This document shows, one piece after another, positions 1 through 13,172 of a DNA stretch of 64,000 bases. Numbering within the stretch: position 1 is the stretch's first letter; each line of letters starts with the position of its first letter. Location of the stretch: contig KV454017.1 in assembly GCA_001661245.1 (NCBI GenBank), forward strand, positions 425,061 through 489,060, given 5' to 3'. The notes below the pieces were generated by a model. That model was given only the letters and a program-made list of their open reading frames with translations. It did not search any database and was not told the DNA's origin. The stretch comes from Pachysolen tannophilus NRRL Y-2460 (lineage: Eukaryota). The position numbers and the translations under genes are program-made.

Positions 1-385
1 TTCCAAAGATGCTTTCAATAGTCATTAACTGTCTCCAATTCAATAACTATTAAAATAACAACCGTTGTTTAATACCCTTAAATAACTTTGGTTCATTTAA
101 TGATCCTATTTTATAAAATGACCCATTTTAGAAGGAACCACACTACGTTTCTTTAGTACCAATAATTGGTATATACAAATTAAATATATATACAGTTGAT
201 CTCATATTGTACTCATAAAACTTAAGCTAACTATATAAACTATTACTTTTACTACCTTTATAGAGAATTAAAAGGAATTTTCATAAACCCCTTGGAAAAG
301 ATGAATAATAATAAAAAAAAAACACTAACTTAGAAAATCAAATTTCGTAGAAACTTTAAATTTGTTACTAACATTTTTTTTAAAT

Positions 386-1762
386 TTAAAAGACATCACC
401 TTGGTCGAACATTGCGTTGGCAACTTTGACGAAACCAGCAATGTTAGCACCTTTGACCAAAGATGGGAGAGCTTCTTTGTTTGATTCGGAGGAGTAAGCG
501 ACGGCAGTGTTCAAACAGTTGTTGAAACAGTTGATCATTATATCTTTCAATTTAGCATCAACTTCTTCAGAAGTCCATTGAGTTCTTTGAGAGTTTTGGG
601 CCATTTCCAATCCTGAGACAGCAACACCACCACAGTTGGCAGCCTTACCTGGAGCGTACCAGATGGCTGGAGCAGCGGATGAGGATTGAATACGTTGAGC
701 TTCAAAAACGTCAATGGCTTCTTGAGTTGAACCCATATTTGAACCTTCAGCAACGTATTTACAACCAGCAGAAACTAAAGCTTTTGCTTCTTCACCAGAA
801 ATTTCATTTTGAGTAGCAGATGGTAATGCAACGTCAACTTGTCCGACATAAGTCCATGGACGAACACCTTTGATGTATTTAATGCCACCTGTTGAGAAAG
901 CAGAAACTTGGGTGATTTCAGCCAATGATTCACGCTTCAATTTACCAGCGGCAATTGCTTCAATCTGAGCAACATTGATACCTTGTTGAGAGATAATTGA
1001 ACCAGTTGAGTCTGATAAGGAAACAACAGAACCACCCAATTCAATAACCTTCAAGGCAGCGTATTGAGCAACATTACCAGAACCTGAAATAGCAACTCTT
1101 TTACCAGCAAAGTTTTCCTTTCCGTTAGTAGCGGTTTCAATCATTTTTTCAACATAATAAACTAAACCATAACCAGTAGCTTCTGGTCTAATTAAAGAAC
1201 CACCCCATGATAAACCTTTACCAGTTAAAACACCTTCCCAAGAATTTCTCATTTGCTTATAAGCACCAAATAAGAAACCAATTTCACGACCACCAACATT
1301 AATATCACCAGCTGGAACATCAGTATCTTGACCAATATAACGAGCCAATTGTCTCATAAATGAAACACAAAATCTTCTAATTTCAGCATCTGATCTACCT
1401 TTTGGATCAAAGTCAGCACCACCTTTACCACCACCAATGTTTAAACCAGTCAAGGCATTCTTGAAAATTTGTTCATAACCCAAGAATTTTAAAATTGATA
1501 AATTGACAGTTGGGTGAAATCTTAAACCACCTTTATATGGACCCAATGCAGAATTGAATTGAACTCTATAACCTCTGTTAACCTCTAATTCACCTTTATC
1601 ATTTTCCCAAACAACACGGAATTGAATAACTCTTTCTGGAATTGAAACAACTGGAATCACTTTCTTGAATTCAGGGTGTCTTTCAAATAAAGTAGAGTCA
1701 TTTAAAGTAGACAACAATTCGTTGTAAGCTTGTTCGAATTCTGGTTCTTGTGGTTGTACCAT
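386..1762 (-). CDS. GDH1: NADP-specific glutamate dehydrogenase
   Basis: EPEFEQAY start, [25 protein letters not shown] and GSGNVAQYA motifs, DQGDVF end; first ATG at 1762 (track starts at an upstream TTG). Confidence 0.96.
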   Translation of the reverse strand: MVQPQEPEFEQAYNELLSTLNDSTLFERHPEFKKVIPVVSIPERVIQFRVVWENDKGELEVNRGYRVQFNSALGPYKGGLRFHPTVNLSILKFLGYEQIFKNALTGLNIGGGKGGADFDPKGRSDAEIRRFCVSFMRQLARYIGQDTDVPAGDINVGGREIGFLFGAYKQMRNSWEGVLTGKGLSWGGSLIRPEATGYGLVYYVEKMIETATNGKENFAGKRVAISGSGNVAQYAALKVIELGGSVVSLSDSTGSIISQQGINVAQIEAIAAGKLKRESLAEITQVSAFSTGGIKYIKGVRPWTYVGQVDVALPSATQNEISGEEAKALVSAGCKYVAEGSNMGSTQEAIDVFEAQRIQSSSAAPAIWYAPGKAANCGGVAVSGLEMAQNSQRTQWTSEEVDAKLKDIMINCFNNCLNTAVAYSSESNKEALPSLVKGANIAGFVKVANAMFDQGDVF

Positions 1763-3782
1763 TGTCAAAGATTTTGATTTTTTTTTCTTCTTTTACAAAG
1801 TAAAAACGGACTTAATTAAATTTATTAAAAAGCTAATTAATTGATAACAAGAAAAGAGAGAGATTTTTCAACGTAAAAAACGTCCAAATAAGAAATGGAA
1901 ATTTACAGACTTTATATAGTACGATCAAACGTTGGACGAAGATGGTTTAAGCTTGCATTGGGCAAAGTCAGCAATATTATGCGCACGTAATGTTCGTGGA
2001 TTGAAATTATGTGAAAAAAAAAAAAAAAAAAAATTTTTTTTCATTCATTCATTCTTCTGCATTATGTCGCTTAAGGAAGAGCGCGAAAAGTTTTTAAGCG
2101 CGATGAAAAATAAAAAAAAATTAAATTGAAGAAACGGAAATGTAAAGTGGAGGTCCATAACTTTGGTGGACTTTTTGATTCGTTTTTTTTTTTCTTCTGG
2201 CTTTTGTGCAAGAGTGCAAGAGAGTTGCGAAAAAAAAAAAGATACGGTTCGCGAAATTTGTATAAAAATAAAAGAAATTTGTAAAAACTATGCTGACGTT
2301 TTCCATTTCCATGAACCTCCGTATCCATTATTATTATTTTTTTCCAACTCCTAAACCGGTATTAAATTAATAATAAATATGTCCTGAAAGTTAATTTAGA
2401 TCGAATAGATTAGAGAAAATTAATGTGGTGGTATTTTACAGGAGTAGTTAGTTAGTCATCGAAAAAACAAAAAAAAAAAAAATTACGATAATGTTATGTA
2501 CTTCTGCAAAAACGTTAGAATGTAAACTTTAAGGTTATTGGTTGTCTGGCAATGCTTTATCTAAGGCCAACAGAATTTGTTTAAACAGAATTTGTTTAAA
2601 GTGATAGGAAAAATTCCTACGGTTTTTAAATAAAATAAAAAAAAAGTTATTATAAATTTATTGCAGCTTAGAAAGTTTCGTATATATTACAAAAAATACT
2701 ATATTCTTTTTCTTGATGTTTTTATGAATCTAAATAGATAGATAGATAGTTAGATAGTTACATTACAGCAGTGATCTGCTTGGTTCGATTCAATTAGTTT
2801 TAGTCTACTACTACTACTGTATCTTATATATATATATCTTTTATACCTCATGTATTAGAGAGCCGTTTGCGCTGGAAAATATACAGAGAAGCGCCGCTAA
2901 TTTCGCCGGAATTTTTTTTTTTTTTTTGTTTTTAACTTTTCGCGGATTTTCCACCGATTAATTATTACTTGAACTTAAAATATGGAGGCCGGAAAAACAC
3001 GCCGATTTCTCCGGTGGGTCCGCAAATCTGGGGAAGGTATTAAAGATTGGGTCTATTTAAACCATTAAAGATCACGAGCTTTTAATATTTATTTGCTTAT
3101 CTTTTATTCTGGAAGAAGAACTGCCAAGGCGTTTTTAAGTGGGGGGATTACTGATTCTGTAATTTGATAAAAATTCTCTTGAGCCATCAACAATTAGAAT
3201 ATCAACTTTTTCTATCCTCTATCTTCTCAATTATCTCCTGTAATTGAGTCTCATTTTATCCAATTTTTCTTGAAAACACCACGTTCCTTAACGATCTTCA
3301 ATGCAAAATATTTATACTGCTCTTGTATATATCATAGCATAACTTTAAAATCTCCCGTACTGAATCTGGTTGATAATCGATCCAATGGTATATGAAGCTC
3401 AGCTCAGCTCAGCTCAAAAAAAAAAGATGCTCTAACACATTACCAATACCTTCTTTCGATCAAGAAACAGAATCTGTTTTTCAAAAACACAAGCAAAAAG
3501 AAAACAAGTTCATATCCATACAAAATGCTAGAAGCCTAAGGCCTTTCGTTTGAATTGGCCATTATTTCGTCATTGAACTCAAAGACGATGTTAATATATT
3601 AAGTTATTTTAGGGGAAACACTTCTTTTGCGTGCATACCTATGAAAAAAAAAAAATTAAGAAAGAAAAAAAATAAAAAAATCTTGCGCATAAAGAGAAGA
3701 ATTGAGTGTGAATAACGTTGTTTAATTCATCGATTAGTTATATTCATCGTCTATTTCGTCTTTGGTTTCTAGTGTGAATGAT

Positions 3783-5351
3783 ATGACAGGTGTTTTGAAA
3801 CCATTTCCATTTATAAATAAGTATACCAATGATAGTGAAATAAGTGATGAAGATTTGGTAATAATAAATTCTCATTCAAATTTGGTTGATATAGATCAAA
3901 TAATTGATTTGTCATTTGATGGTGATACATTTGAAGATAGAAACTCTTCTGCGTTAATATTAGAATCATTGATTCCATCACTATATCCAACACAGATAAA
4001 TGATTTAAGTAACAGGGTTTTGAAGTCATTAGAAGTATTGGAGACGGACTATATTTGGTGTGGTGATGATTTAAGTGAAGTTGATGATAATATTAGGACA
4101 AAAATTTCTAAAATTGAAATTTATAAATTACAACAATTGTTTAAGTTGAGATTATTTCGTAAGATATTAACATCATCTAATTTTGCAACAACTTGTGATT
4201 TTAATAAGGTATTGGGAAAATTAAGTTATTTCTATATTGAAGATGTACCTTGGTCCAATGAATATATGACAAAACTTTCACGTTGTTGTATTGATGTTAT
4301 ATTACGAGATTTACAGCAAAAGGACAAAGATTTCTTTATTACTACAATTTTACATGATATCTTGAAGCCAAGATTAATAGAAGTAAATAAATTAAACAGG
4401 ACTGATTTAAAATTGAATAAGAAAAAAGAATTATTTAAAGGAATACAACCACAATTGGGGTTTTCCAAAAATTCATCACATGAATTAGACCATTGGAAAT
4501 TAAAAAATACTAAATTATTATCTACAATGGGATTTATTATTAATTTTGAAGTTCAAGATGAATATCAAAATTTTTTAAAAATTATAATACCATTGTTATT
4601 AAATTTTTTAGATGATCATGAATGTTCTATTAAATATCAAAGTTGTAAGATTTTGAGTCAAATAATTAATCAATATAAAAGAGATAATTTGATCAAGAGT
4701 TATTATGCTATTTTCATTGATTCTTTAAAGAAATGTTTATTATATTTACCGTCTTTAACTCCAATTTCAAAATCTTCAAAATTGTTATCCGAAGCATATC
4801 CATTATTAATTCAATTATATCAATTATATTATAGAGATGAATCCGAATTGAATGAAAAATTAATATTACTAATTCAGGATTATATTTTGATATCAATAAC
4901 TGCAGTTAAAGATAAATCTTTTCAAATATTATTAATTTTACTTGATATTTTAAATGATTATTTAATTTCTAATTTAAAAATTGATATTATACCTGTTTTA
5001 TCCAAACTTAACGATGAATTACTCAGTTTATTGATTGATCCATATGTTTTATTGAAACCAGAATTAGTTACAAAAATTTTAATGATTTTAAGAAATTTTA
5101 TGAAATATTGTTGGATAATAATTGATAAAAAATATAAATATGATTATTTAGGTGCGTTTACCATTACATACAAGAGACTAAATGATGATGAATCAAATAT
5201 TTCTAATCTTAAATTACTCGAAATCTTGAGAGAAAATATTCAAATCTTAAGAGAAAGTTGTGAAGATAAACAATCATTTGACTCTGATTGTGATAAGCTA
5301 CTTGAAAAAGATAATTCATTGACAAATTTGTTCAAATCGCCATGTATTTAA
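3783..5351 (+). CDS. TTI2: Tti2-like (TTT complex) HEAT/ARM-repeat protein
   Basis: IIIPLLLNFLDDH...K.Q.C and CLLYLPSLTP motifs typical of Tti2; first ATG 3783. Confidence 0.75.
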   Translation: MTGVLKPFPFINKYTNDSEISDEDLVIINSHSNLVDIDQIIDLSFDGDTFEDRNSSALILESLIPSLYPTQINDLSNRVLKSLEVLETDYIWCGDDLSEVDDNIRTKISKIEIYKLQQLFKLRLFRKILTSSNFATTCDFNKVLGKLSYFYIEDVPWSNEYMTKLSRCCIDVILRDLQQKDKDFFITTILHDILKPRLIEVNKLNRTDLKLNKKKELFKGIQPQLGFSKNSSHELDHWKLKNTKLLSTMGFIINFEVQDEYQNFLKIIIPLLLNFLDDHECSIKYQSCKILSQIINQYKRDNLIKSYYAIFIDSLKKCLLYLPSLTPISKSSKLLSEAYPLLIQLYQLYYRDESELNEKLILLIQDYILISITAVKDKSFQILLILLDILNDYLISNLKIDIIPVLSKLNDELLSLLIDPYVLLKPELVTKILMILRNFMKYCWIIIDKKYKYDYLGAFTITYKRLNDDESNISNLKLLEILRENIQILRESCEDKQSFDSDCDKLLEKDNSLTNLFKSPCI

Positions 5352-6562
5352 TTCAAATAAAAATAAAAATAAAAATAAAATTAAAAAATAAAAAAATAAA
5401 TATTGATTGATTGATTATTACTTTATTATTATGACTTGGTCACTAACCTCCCTTCTGGTTCTTTCTCATTTCTCTATATATACAATGACTTCAAGCAACA
5501 GAAAAAATATAAAATCTTTTGTTTGCTATATTATTCCCGCTAAAACTGTTAACAGTTAGTTAACAGTCCAAAAAACCAAAAAAAAAAAAAAAAAAAGNTG
5601 AATACTAAATTAAANNNNNNNNNNNNNNNNNNNNNNNNNNNNNNNNNNNNNNNNNNNNNNNNNNNNNNNNNNNNNNNNNNNNNNNNNNNNNNNNNNNNNN
5701 NNNNNNNNNNNNNNNNNNNNNNNNNNNNNNNNNNNNNNNNNNNNNNNNNNNNNNNNNNNNNNNNNNNNNNNNNNNNNNNNNNNNNNNNNNNNNNNNNNNN
5801 NNNNNNNNNNNNNNNNNNNNNNNNNNNNNNNNNNNNNNNNNNNNNNNNNNNNNNNNNNNNNNNNNNNNNNNNNNNNNNNNNNNNNNNNNNNNNNNNNNNN
5901 NNNNNNNNNNNNNNNNNNNNNNNNNNNNNNNNNNNNNNNNNNNNNNNNNNNNNNNNNNNNNNNNNNNNNNNNNNNNNNNNNNNNNNNNNNNNNNNNNNNN
6001 NNNNNNNNNNNNNNNNNNNNNNNNNNNNNNNNNNNNNNNNNNNNNNNNNNNNNNNNNNNNNNNNNNNNNNNNNNNNNNNNNNNNNNNNNNNNNNNNNNNN
6101 NNNNNNNNNNNNNNNNNNNNNNNNNNNNNNNNNNNNNNNNNNNNNNNNNNNNNNNNNNNNNNNNNNNNNNNNNNNNNNNNNNNNNNNNNNNNNNNNNNNN
6201 NNNNNNNNNNNNNNNNNNNNNNNNNNNNNNNNNNNNNNNNNNNNNNNNNNNNNNNNNNNNNNNNNNNNNNNNNNNNNNNNNNNNNNNNNNNNNNNNNNNN
6301 NNNNNNNNNNNNNNNNNNNNNNNNNNNNNNNNNNNNNNNNNNNNNNNNNNNNNNNNNNNNNNNNNNNNNNNNNNNNNNNNNNNNNNNNNNNNNNNNNNNN
6401 NNNNNNNNNNNNNNNNNNNNNNNNNNNNNNNNNNNNNNNNNNNNNNNNNNNNNNNNNNNNNNNNNNNNNNNNNNNNNNNNNNNNNNNNNNNNNNNNNNNN
6501 NNNNNNNNNNNNNNNAAAAAAAAANAAAAAAAAAAAAAAATTTTTTAAGAAAATTAAAAAAT

Positions 6563-6635
6563 TGCCTTCAGCCAGATTCGAACTGACGATCTCCTCATTA
6601 CTAGTGAGGTGCCTTACCAACTTGGCCATAAAGGC
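6563..6635 (-). tRNA. tRNA-Thr, anticodon AGT, intronless
   Basis: Minus strand GCCTTTA-TG-GCCAAGTTGGTAAGGC-A-CCTCA CT AGT AA TGAGG-AGATC-GTCAG TTCGAAT CTGGC-TGAAGGC-A folds as a cloverleaf; T-run terminator follows. Confidence 0.96.
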
Positions 6636-6818
6636 TTAATACTTGTCGTTCGACGGGCCGATAAGTTAATTGAGTCCGTACACTATAGAGACTTCACTAT
6701 AGATAGTACACTATAGTAATTGTAATGTAATATATATATATATATATGGAGGGGAGACATATATGTTATTATTATTATTATTATTTTATTTTTATAACTT
6801 TGAATAGTTTAGTGAAGC

Positions 6819-7684
6819 ATGGAGGACACAAATGATGATGGGAGGTATTCTGAGGAAGTGAAGTTGAGGGAAGAAACTTATCAAAGGAAATTACAGGAGA
6901 ATATTGAATTGAAGCAAGCTTTTTATGATAATGGTGTAAGGAATTATAATGATTTTAAATCATCAAAAGAATTGGAAGAGTCAGATGATGATGAAATTAT
7001 AAATTTAAAGAGAGAAACTATAGCTTTATATGATTCATTGAAGAAATTGCTGTTTAGACCAGAAAGAGACGATTTGATTGGGATATCTTTAGCTGATTAT
7101 AAATTGGATAAACAAGTGAAAGGATTAAAAAAGGAAACTGATGGGATTAAAAATTATAACGCGTCGTTGTTGAATAGAATAAATTGTACTTCTGCTCTTA
7201 TTAAAAATTTTGAATCAATTGGAGAATCTTTAGATTTAAGAATAACAAAAGAAGAGTTAAAAACAACACAAGTTAATGATATTTCGGTAAAATTTAAAAT
7301 TAAAGATTTAGAAAAAAAAATTTCAATTCAAAAACAAAGAGAATTACAATTGATGAAATATTCAAAACAAGTAATATATAAATATTTAATTGAATTAAAT
7401 TTTTCTGATTTAAATGATGACACAATAAAGAATAAAACTATTTTGAAAAAAAAAATTTTACTTTAATTGAAACTTTATTAAACAAAATGACTATCAATAT
7501 TATGAATAAAGATAATAAAATTATTTTAGATAGTGGGAATTCTTTAGATGGATATATAAAAGTTGAAGATAAAAATGATCCTTTATTAAGGCAACTATTG
7601 AAAGGTGATTTGATCATAGAAAAAGGAAATTTAGAATATATAAAACTACGGAGTTTTGGATTAGAATTTAATAGTTTAGAATAA
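6819..7684 (+). CDS. Probable kinetochore protein of CENP-K/Mcm22 type; split by a 1-nt frameshift in the A10 run at 7446-7455
   Basis: Coiled-coil ORF 6819-7466 joins ORF 7487-7684 if one A is added (LKKKNFTLIETLLNKM); C-terminal YIKV...LLRQLL...IKLRSFG resembles CENP-K-like ends. Confidence 0.5.
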
Positions 7685-7808
7685 GAAATTTGAAAAATTG
7701 AAAAATAATGGAAAAATCGAAAATGGAAAAAATCACATACATTTATTATTACAATATTAACATTAATATAAACAAAAAATACCAAGTGTGCAATAACAAA
7801 TCATTTAT

Positions 7809-10800
7809 TTATACATGTCTTATTGATGTTATTTGATCAATTGGTCTATGTGCCAACAGTTCTCCTATTTTTAATTTTGTAATCATTCTTGTGCTCAGAT
7901 TACTGACTTGAACTTTGATTAAACTATTATTAATCGATTTTTTTTTCTCGCTTAAAATCTCTTCTTCTTGAGCTTTGACTAATTTCCTTTCATTTAAGCT
8001 TTGTAATTCCATGTTTAAATCCTTGATATTTTGATAATGTCTTTTGACCAAAGACTTGATATGTAATAAGAGAACTTCAAAATTTTCTGGTTTCTTCAAT
8101 AATTCATCTAAATTAATTTTTGATTTCAAAATTAATAATTTTGATTCTAAAATGCCAATTAATTTTTCAAAATTATTCAAGTTGGTTCTAAATTTTTTCT
8201 GTAATAACATGCTATCAAAATCTAATGATCTGTACTTCACCAATTCCGATTTTTGTTCAATCTCATGAATTTTAAGAATAATATCACGAATATCATGTAA
8301 CTTATCAAAAGCTGGTTGCAACTGATCCACTAATTGATTTGTTGATAATTCCAACAGTTGGAATTTTTGTAAAATCGGTGTTAATTCAGATTGATTTTCA
8401 CCTATAATAGCTTGAATAGTACCAGCTTCACCTAATTTCCAATACGAAGGAAATGGTAAAGAAATCTTAGTATGCTTTGGTCTCAATGTTGATTGGTCAG
8501 TAATGTATTCACCAATATTAGCTATATTTTTCTCCACTATTTCTATCTGTGCTGCTGTATTATAATATAATTGCTCCAAACTTCTTTCCACTGGATTAGA
8601 GCTTAAAGATGGATACCGTACTTTACCCAACCTCACATAATTAGGAATCGTCTTCGGTTCGTTAATTCTATTAAGATACAACTCATCATTTTCAAAGTTT
8701 TGTATCTTTAGATCTTCTGTAGTTTTCTGGACTGCTTGAGCTGACTCTGGCGTATGCGTAGATCCTGATTTTATATCCATTGAATTTATATCCGAGGTAA
8801 TGGATTGAAGACTTTCATTCGTAGCACCACTTTGACTGCTGATTAAATTATTAGAAATTTTTGAATCCAGGACAGAAGGTTCAGATTTTGTTTTAGATTT
8901 TACTCCATTTGTCAGTAATGATTGTTGTGTTTCTTTGAAATCGTTTTGGTGATTCATTTCATCTTTTTGAGTTTCCATGTTGAACAATTTTTCTTTGGAT
9001 GCAATATTTTCATTTCCATAAATTGGTTCCTCATCGCCACTAATCCTATGTTCTGGAGTTTCAACATTAGAGTATGAATCCGAAGAAGGCGTCGTTGATG
9101 AATTTTCTTCTTCCTCTTCCAGTACCGGTTCCCTCTCTTGAATAATACTTTGTTTGATTTCTGGTTCTGGTGGCTTTTCATTGTTTTCGGATGATGCAGG
9201 AGATTCAAGAGCTTCTTTGTCAGCAGGGGCGTCGATTAACGTGAACGATTCAGACAGTTTATCAAAACTACCTTCGTTGTCGTCAGAATCCTTTTCATTC
9301 TGAGTTGTTCCATTGACATCATCTTGCACTTTCTCATTTGTTTCATCACCATCGGTTGATTGCCCATTCAAAAAATCTTTTGAATGTGGCAACCCACCAT
9401 TTGAATTTTTTTGTTCTTCCTCAGGTAGTTTTGATCCAAAAAGAGAACCGCCATTGAAATCGTGAGATTTTAATTCATTATCATTATTATGTCCGAAAAC
9501 ATTGCTCTTTCCACTAGTTAGTTGTGAAAAAGGATTACTACCTGAAAAAGACCCAAAACCGCTTGAAGAAACGTTTCCAAAACTCGTCAAGGACTTTCCA
9601 TTATTATCAGAGCTGAACGAGAAAGCGTTGGTAGTGTTTCCACTGCTGCCAAATCCAGATGCTCCAAAACCGTTAGCACCAGAAGAACTAGTGGTACCGA
9701 ACATCGTAGGACCAGTGGACTTTAAACTGCTACCAAAAGAAACCAGCGGTGCAGTTGGCTGTGTTTTAACTTTTGCCGTTTTATTTTCTTGATCTTTATC
9801 CAAACTTAAGGAACCAAAAGAAATTTGTGGCTCTTGAGTTTGTAGTGAGCTTTCTTGTCTAATGTCTTCTTCATCTTCTAACTCTGAATTTTCTGACGGA
9901 GACAATTCTTCGGCGTCAAGTTCATCAAGATCATTAACTGCTCCAACCGGTGTAGATTTAGATGTTAGTGAAAATGCAGGGTTAGATGTATTCGCAAAAG
10001 AACTGGAGTTAGTATCAAATAATGATTTTCCCTTTCCACTAGACTGATTTAATGAAGCAAATGGTGACTCTGAATTAGTTTTATTTGATGAAAGTAATGA
10101 GGAATCTGTTTTTTGATTATTTTTATCATTATTCAATGAAGCAAATGGCGAATCTGTTTTTTGATTATTTTTATCATTATTAAATGAAGCAAATGGCGAA
10201 TCTGTTTTTTGATTATTTTTATCATTATTCAATGAAGCAAATGGCGAATCTGTTTTTTGATTATTTTTATCATTATTAAATGAAGCAAATGGTGACTCAG
10301 AATTAGTTTTATTTGATGAGAGTAATGGTGAATCTGTTTTTTGACTATTTTTATCATTATTCAATGAAGCAAATGGTGATTCAGCACTTTTCGCAAAAGA
10401 GCCAAACCCCGAATTTTTATTATTAGAACCAAACGTGCTACTACCAAATGAAGACTGGTTTTTGTTATTGTTCATGCCAAAAGCAGAAGAACCAAAATCA
10501 GCGTTTCCAAAAGTCTTTCCAAAAGTTCCTGAAGATCCAAATGCAGGAGAAGAATTAGAATTGGAAGAGCCAAACATCCCTGAGGATCCAAAAGCCGGAG
10601 CAGCATTAGAAGCAGCCGAACCAAGTAATCCAGATGAACCAAAGGCTGGAGCTTTAGTTTGACTTTCATTATTTTTATTATTTGTGTTTAAACTATTGAA
10701 TGGTGAGCTACCGAAGCTGTTATTATTATTTTTTTCATTGCTGGATTTAAAATTGCTGAACGGAGAGCTGTTAAGTGATCCAAAGGCAGAAGGTTTTGTT

Positions 10801-12480
10801 TCATTTTTGCCATTATTATTATCATTAACATTAGTTTTCAAGGTGTCAAATGGCGATCCAGTGTTGGAACTAAACGGATTTTGGGCTGTTGCGTCACTTG
10901 AAGCAGTTGTTGAATTTCCAAAGACAGGGTTGGGCTTTATTGATGCAAAAGGATTTGGCAATTCATTCTTAGTATTATCTGTTATGGAACTTATCAGTTG
11001 TCTTGAGTCAGTATTAGCAGAAAAGTCCAAGCTTAAAGTTTCTTTAGCAGCGTTAAAATTATTCAAAACAAATTCCAACGGTCCTTTTAAATCTGCATCT
11101 CCATTTTTAATTCCATGAGATTCAAACACGTTCCAAAAGACAAGTTGACCATCATGTGTTAAAACAACAATTCTTGGTAAAGGATTACAAACATCTACCC
11201 CATTACAAGGTTCATAGACTTTTTCAGTATTGGTCAAGTCAATGGCAAAACCAATAGGAATTGCATCGACAAAAGTATCTTCATTCAAAGGTAGTTGTGC
11301 TCTATCTGTATCATTTAATTGGGCAAATTGTGCTGAGGGCGTTAAAGCCGATATTTCAGTTGATGAAGCTGATGCCAAAAATAATACCAATGGGAATTGT
11401 TTTGACCAATTATGCAAAAGTGCTGGATAATATGTTGCTTTTCTCGGTATATCACTAAAAGCTGGAGTAATATCGAATGCTTCTATATAATTAGCAGAAG
11501 AAATGACCACCTGTTTTGTATCTTGAGCATCATCATGGTTTTTACTTTTGTTAAAATATACAAAAAAATCATTTGTTGAAAGCCAAGTAATGGATATTGG
11601 ATAAAAAATTGGATCTAATTCAGATGATTTAGAAATAGTTTTTTTCAAATCTCCCTTTGGAGTTAATGTTTTCAATTCTCCAGTTTTTTTCAATCCAACA
11701 ACTAATTGTTTACCCTTTGGAGACCAATCAAATGCCGATACATCTGAACAAAGTAATTTTTTATTTTCCGGAATAGTTATATCCAAGATAAATAAATGAT
11801 TTTCAATATCTAAAACAGTAATTATATTACCATGTGATGGACAATTTTTCACTATATCAATTTCATTTTCAAAAAAAAATAACTCATTTAACTTTGGTTG
11901 TTGGAAATTATCGATATAATATAATTTTTCACCAATAGATAACAATAATTTTGAATAATCACTTGTAAATATTAAATTAGTGATTGAATCAACTTTTAAC
12001 CTCACGCCACCTGGAACAGAAACCATGTTTTTAACATTGTTATCCTCATCCGAGTCTTGATCATCATTATCATCACTAACATCACTAGCGCCATTAAAAG
12101 TTTTGGACAAATAATCATTCAAATTTTTTACACTATTTATATACAATTCTGTAGGACCTGCAATTGCAAATACACCATTCACATTATCCCATGCCAACAA
12201 GTTATATGAAAACGACGGAATTTCTTCATCAGAAAATGGCGCTACTGCATGAATCCCTCCTATGAATCGAAACCCAAAATCCTATATCAAACCAAAACAA
12301 AAAAAAAAAAAAAAATTAAAAAAAAATCACTTTGTTAGTACCTTCAATATAAAATCAATCATCAATAGAGAAACCACAATAAAAAAAAAAAAATTAAAAA
12401 ATTTTTTTTTTTCTTTCTCTTTCTTTTCTTTAAACCTATTCATTACATACTTCAGTAGTTTGTTGTTCCAATTCCCGCAT
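7809..12480 (-). CDS. NUP159: Nucleoporin Nup159 (beta-propeller, FG repeats, coiled coil); exon 1 12480-12451, intron 12450-12282
   Basis: Spliced N-terminus MRELEQQTTE/DFGFRF resembles Nup159 TETSEDFGFKF; GTATGT donor, TACTAAC branch (~12334-12340), TAG acceptor in frame; many SAFG/PAFG/SPF repeats. Confidence 0.92.
10048..10385 (-). repeat. Coding tandem repeat in NUP159, 48-bp units (SPFAS[L/F]NNDKNNQKTD) with two 36-bp S[P/S]LLSSNKTNSE spacers
   Basis: Near-identical gaagcaaatgg(c/t)ga...tgttttttgattatttttatcattatt units seen directly. Confidence 0.92.
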
Positions 12481-13172
12481 TACTTATAGAGCCAAAAAAA
12501 TGAAATAAAATTAGAAAATCAACCTATCTGAAAAACTCCTGACTCAATCAGTAACTATGGATGATTTTATTTCTAATTGATATTTTTATATATTACTTAT
12601 TTGTTATTGTTATTATTGTTACAGATTTTCATTTAAATAAAATACACCATTTGATTCTTGATGAACGACCTTTTGTTTTTCTACTGGTTTCTAAAATGTA
12701 TCATCATGGTTCCAAGTAGAACAAGTAGAACAAGAACAAGAAGATAGATATAAGTGTTTAGGGTGTGAGTGTGGATATGATGAGTTAATACCAAATTATA
12801 TTAAAACAGAATTGTACATGAACAATATATATGTGTATAAATCAGAATAGGTGAAAAACTATCTGTTTGAAAAAAAAAAAAACAAACAAAACAAAAACGT
12901 GTAATAATAATAATAATAGTAATAGTAATAAAAAGATATTAAGCAATTCAAATCATTCAATTAATACTCATGATATTTATTAGATATAATATCGTGAGTA
13001 TAAGTTGAGTAATTGAAATCTAAAAACAAAAAAAAAAAGAAATAGAAGTAGAAGTAGAAGTAGAAGTAGTGGTGAAATGGCTTTTACCTGGATTTTTGGA
13101 TTCTGATACTTGGAAATTGAAATTTAGAGTTTTTAATTACTCTTTTTTTTTTTTTTTTTTGTAATAAATATC

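Noticed and set aside
1..25. Possible start of a minus-strand gene (MTIESIFG) running off the window
   Set aside because: Only eight codons visible; cannot be supported
1932..2354. Small K/F-rich ORFs upstream of GDH1 and similar ones in other intergenic regions
   Set aside because: Translations of poly-A/T promoter tracts, mostly with non-ATG starts
2568..2599. 15-bp tandem duplication aacagaatttgttta, plus the 14-bp palindrome at 5544-5557
   Set aside because: Short local slippage products with no evidence of function
5615..6515. Long X-containing ORFs across N-runs (also 26905-27349, 54896-55426, 63131-63946; further gap 28851-29260)
   Set aside because: Assembly gaps flanked by poly-A/T; no information
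7446..7455. Two separate genes or a slippery site at the A10 run
   Set aside because: Adding one A gives a continuous ORF; same homopolymer undercall pattern as CAB2
9502..11118. Antisense ORFs inside NUP159 and other long genes
   Set aside because: Shadow frames of repetitive or biased coding sequence
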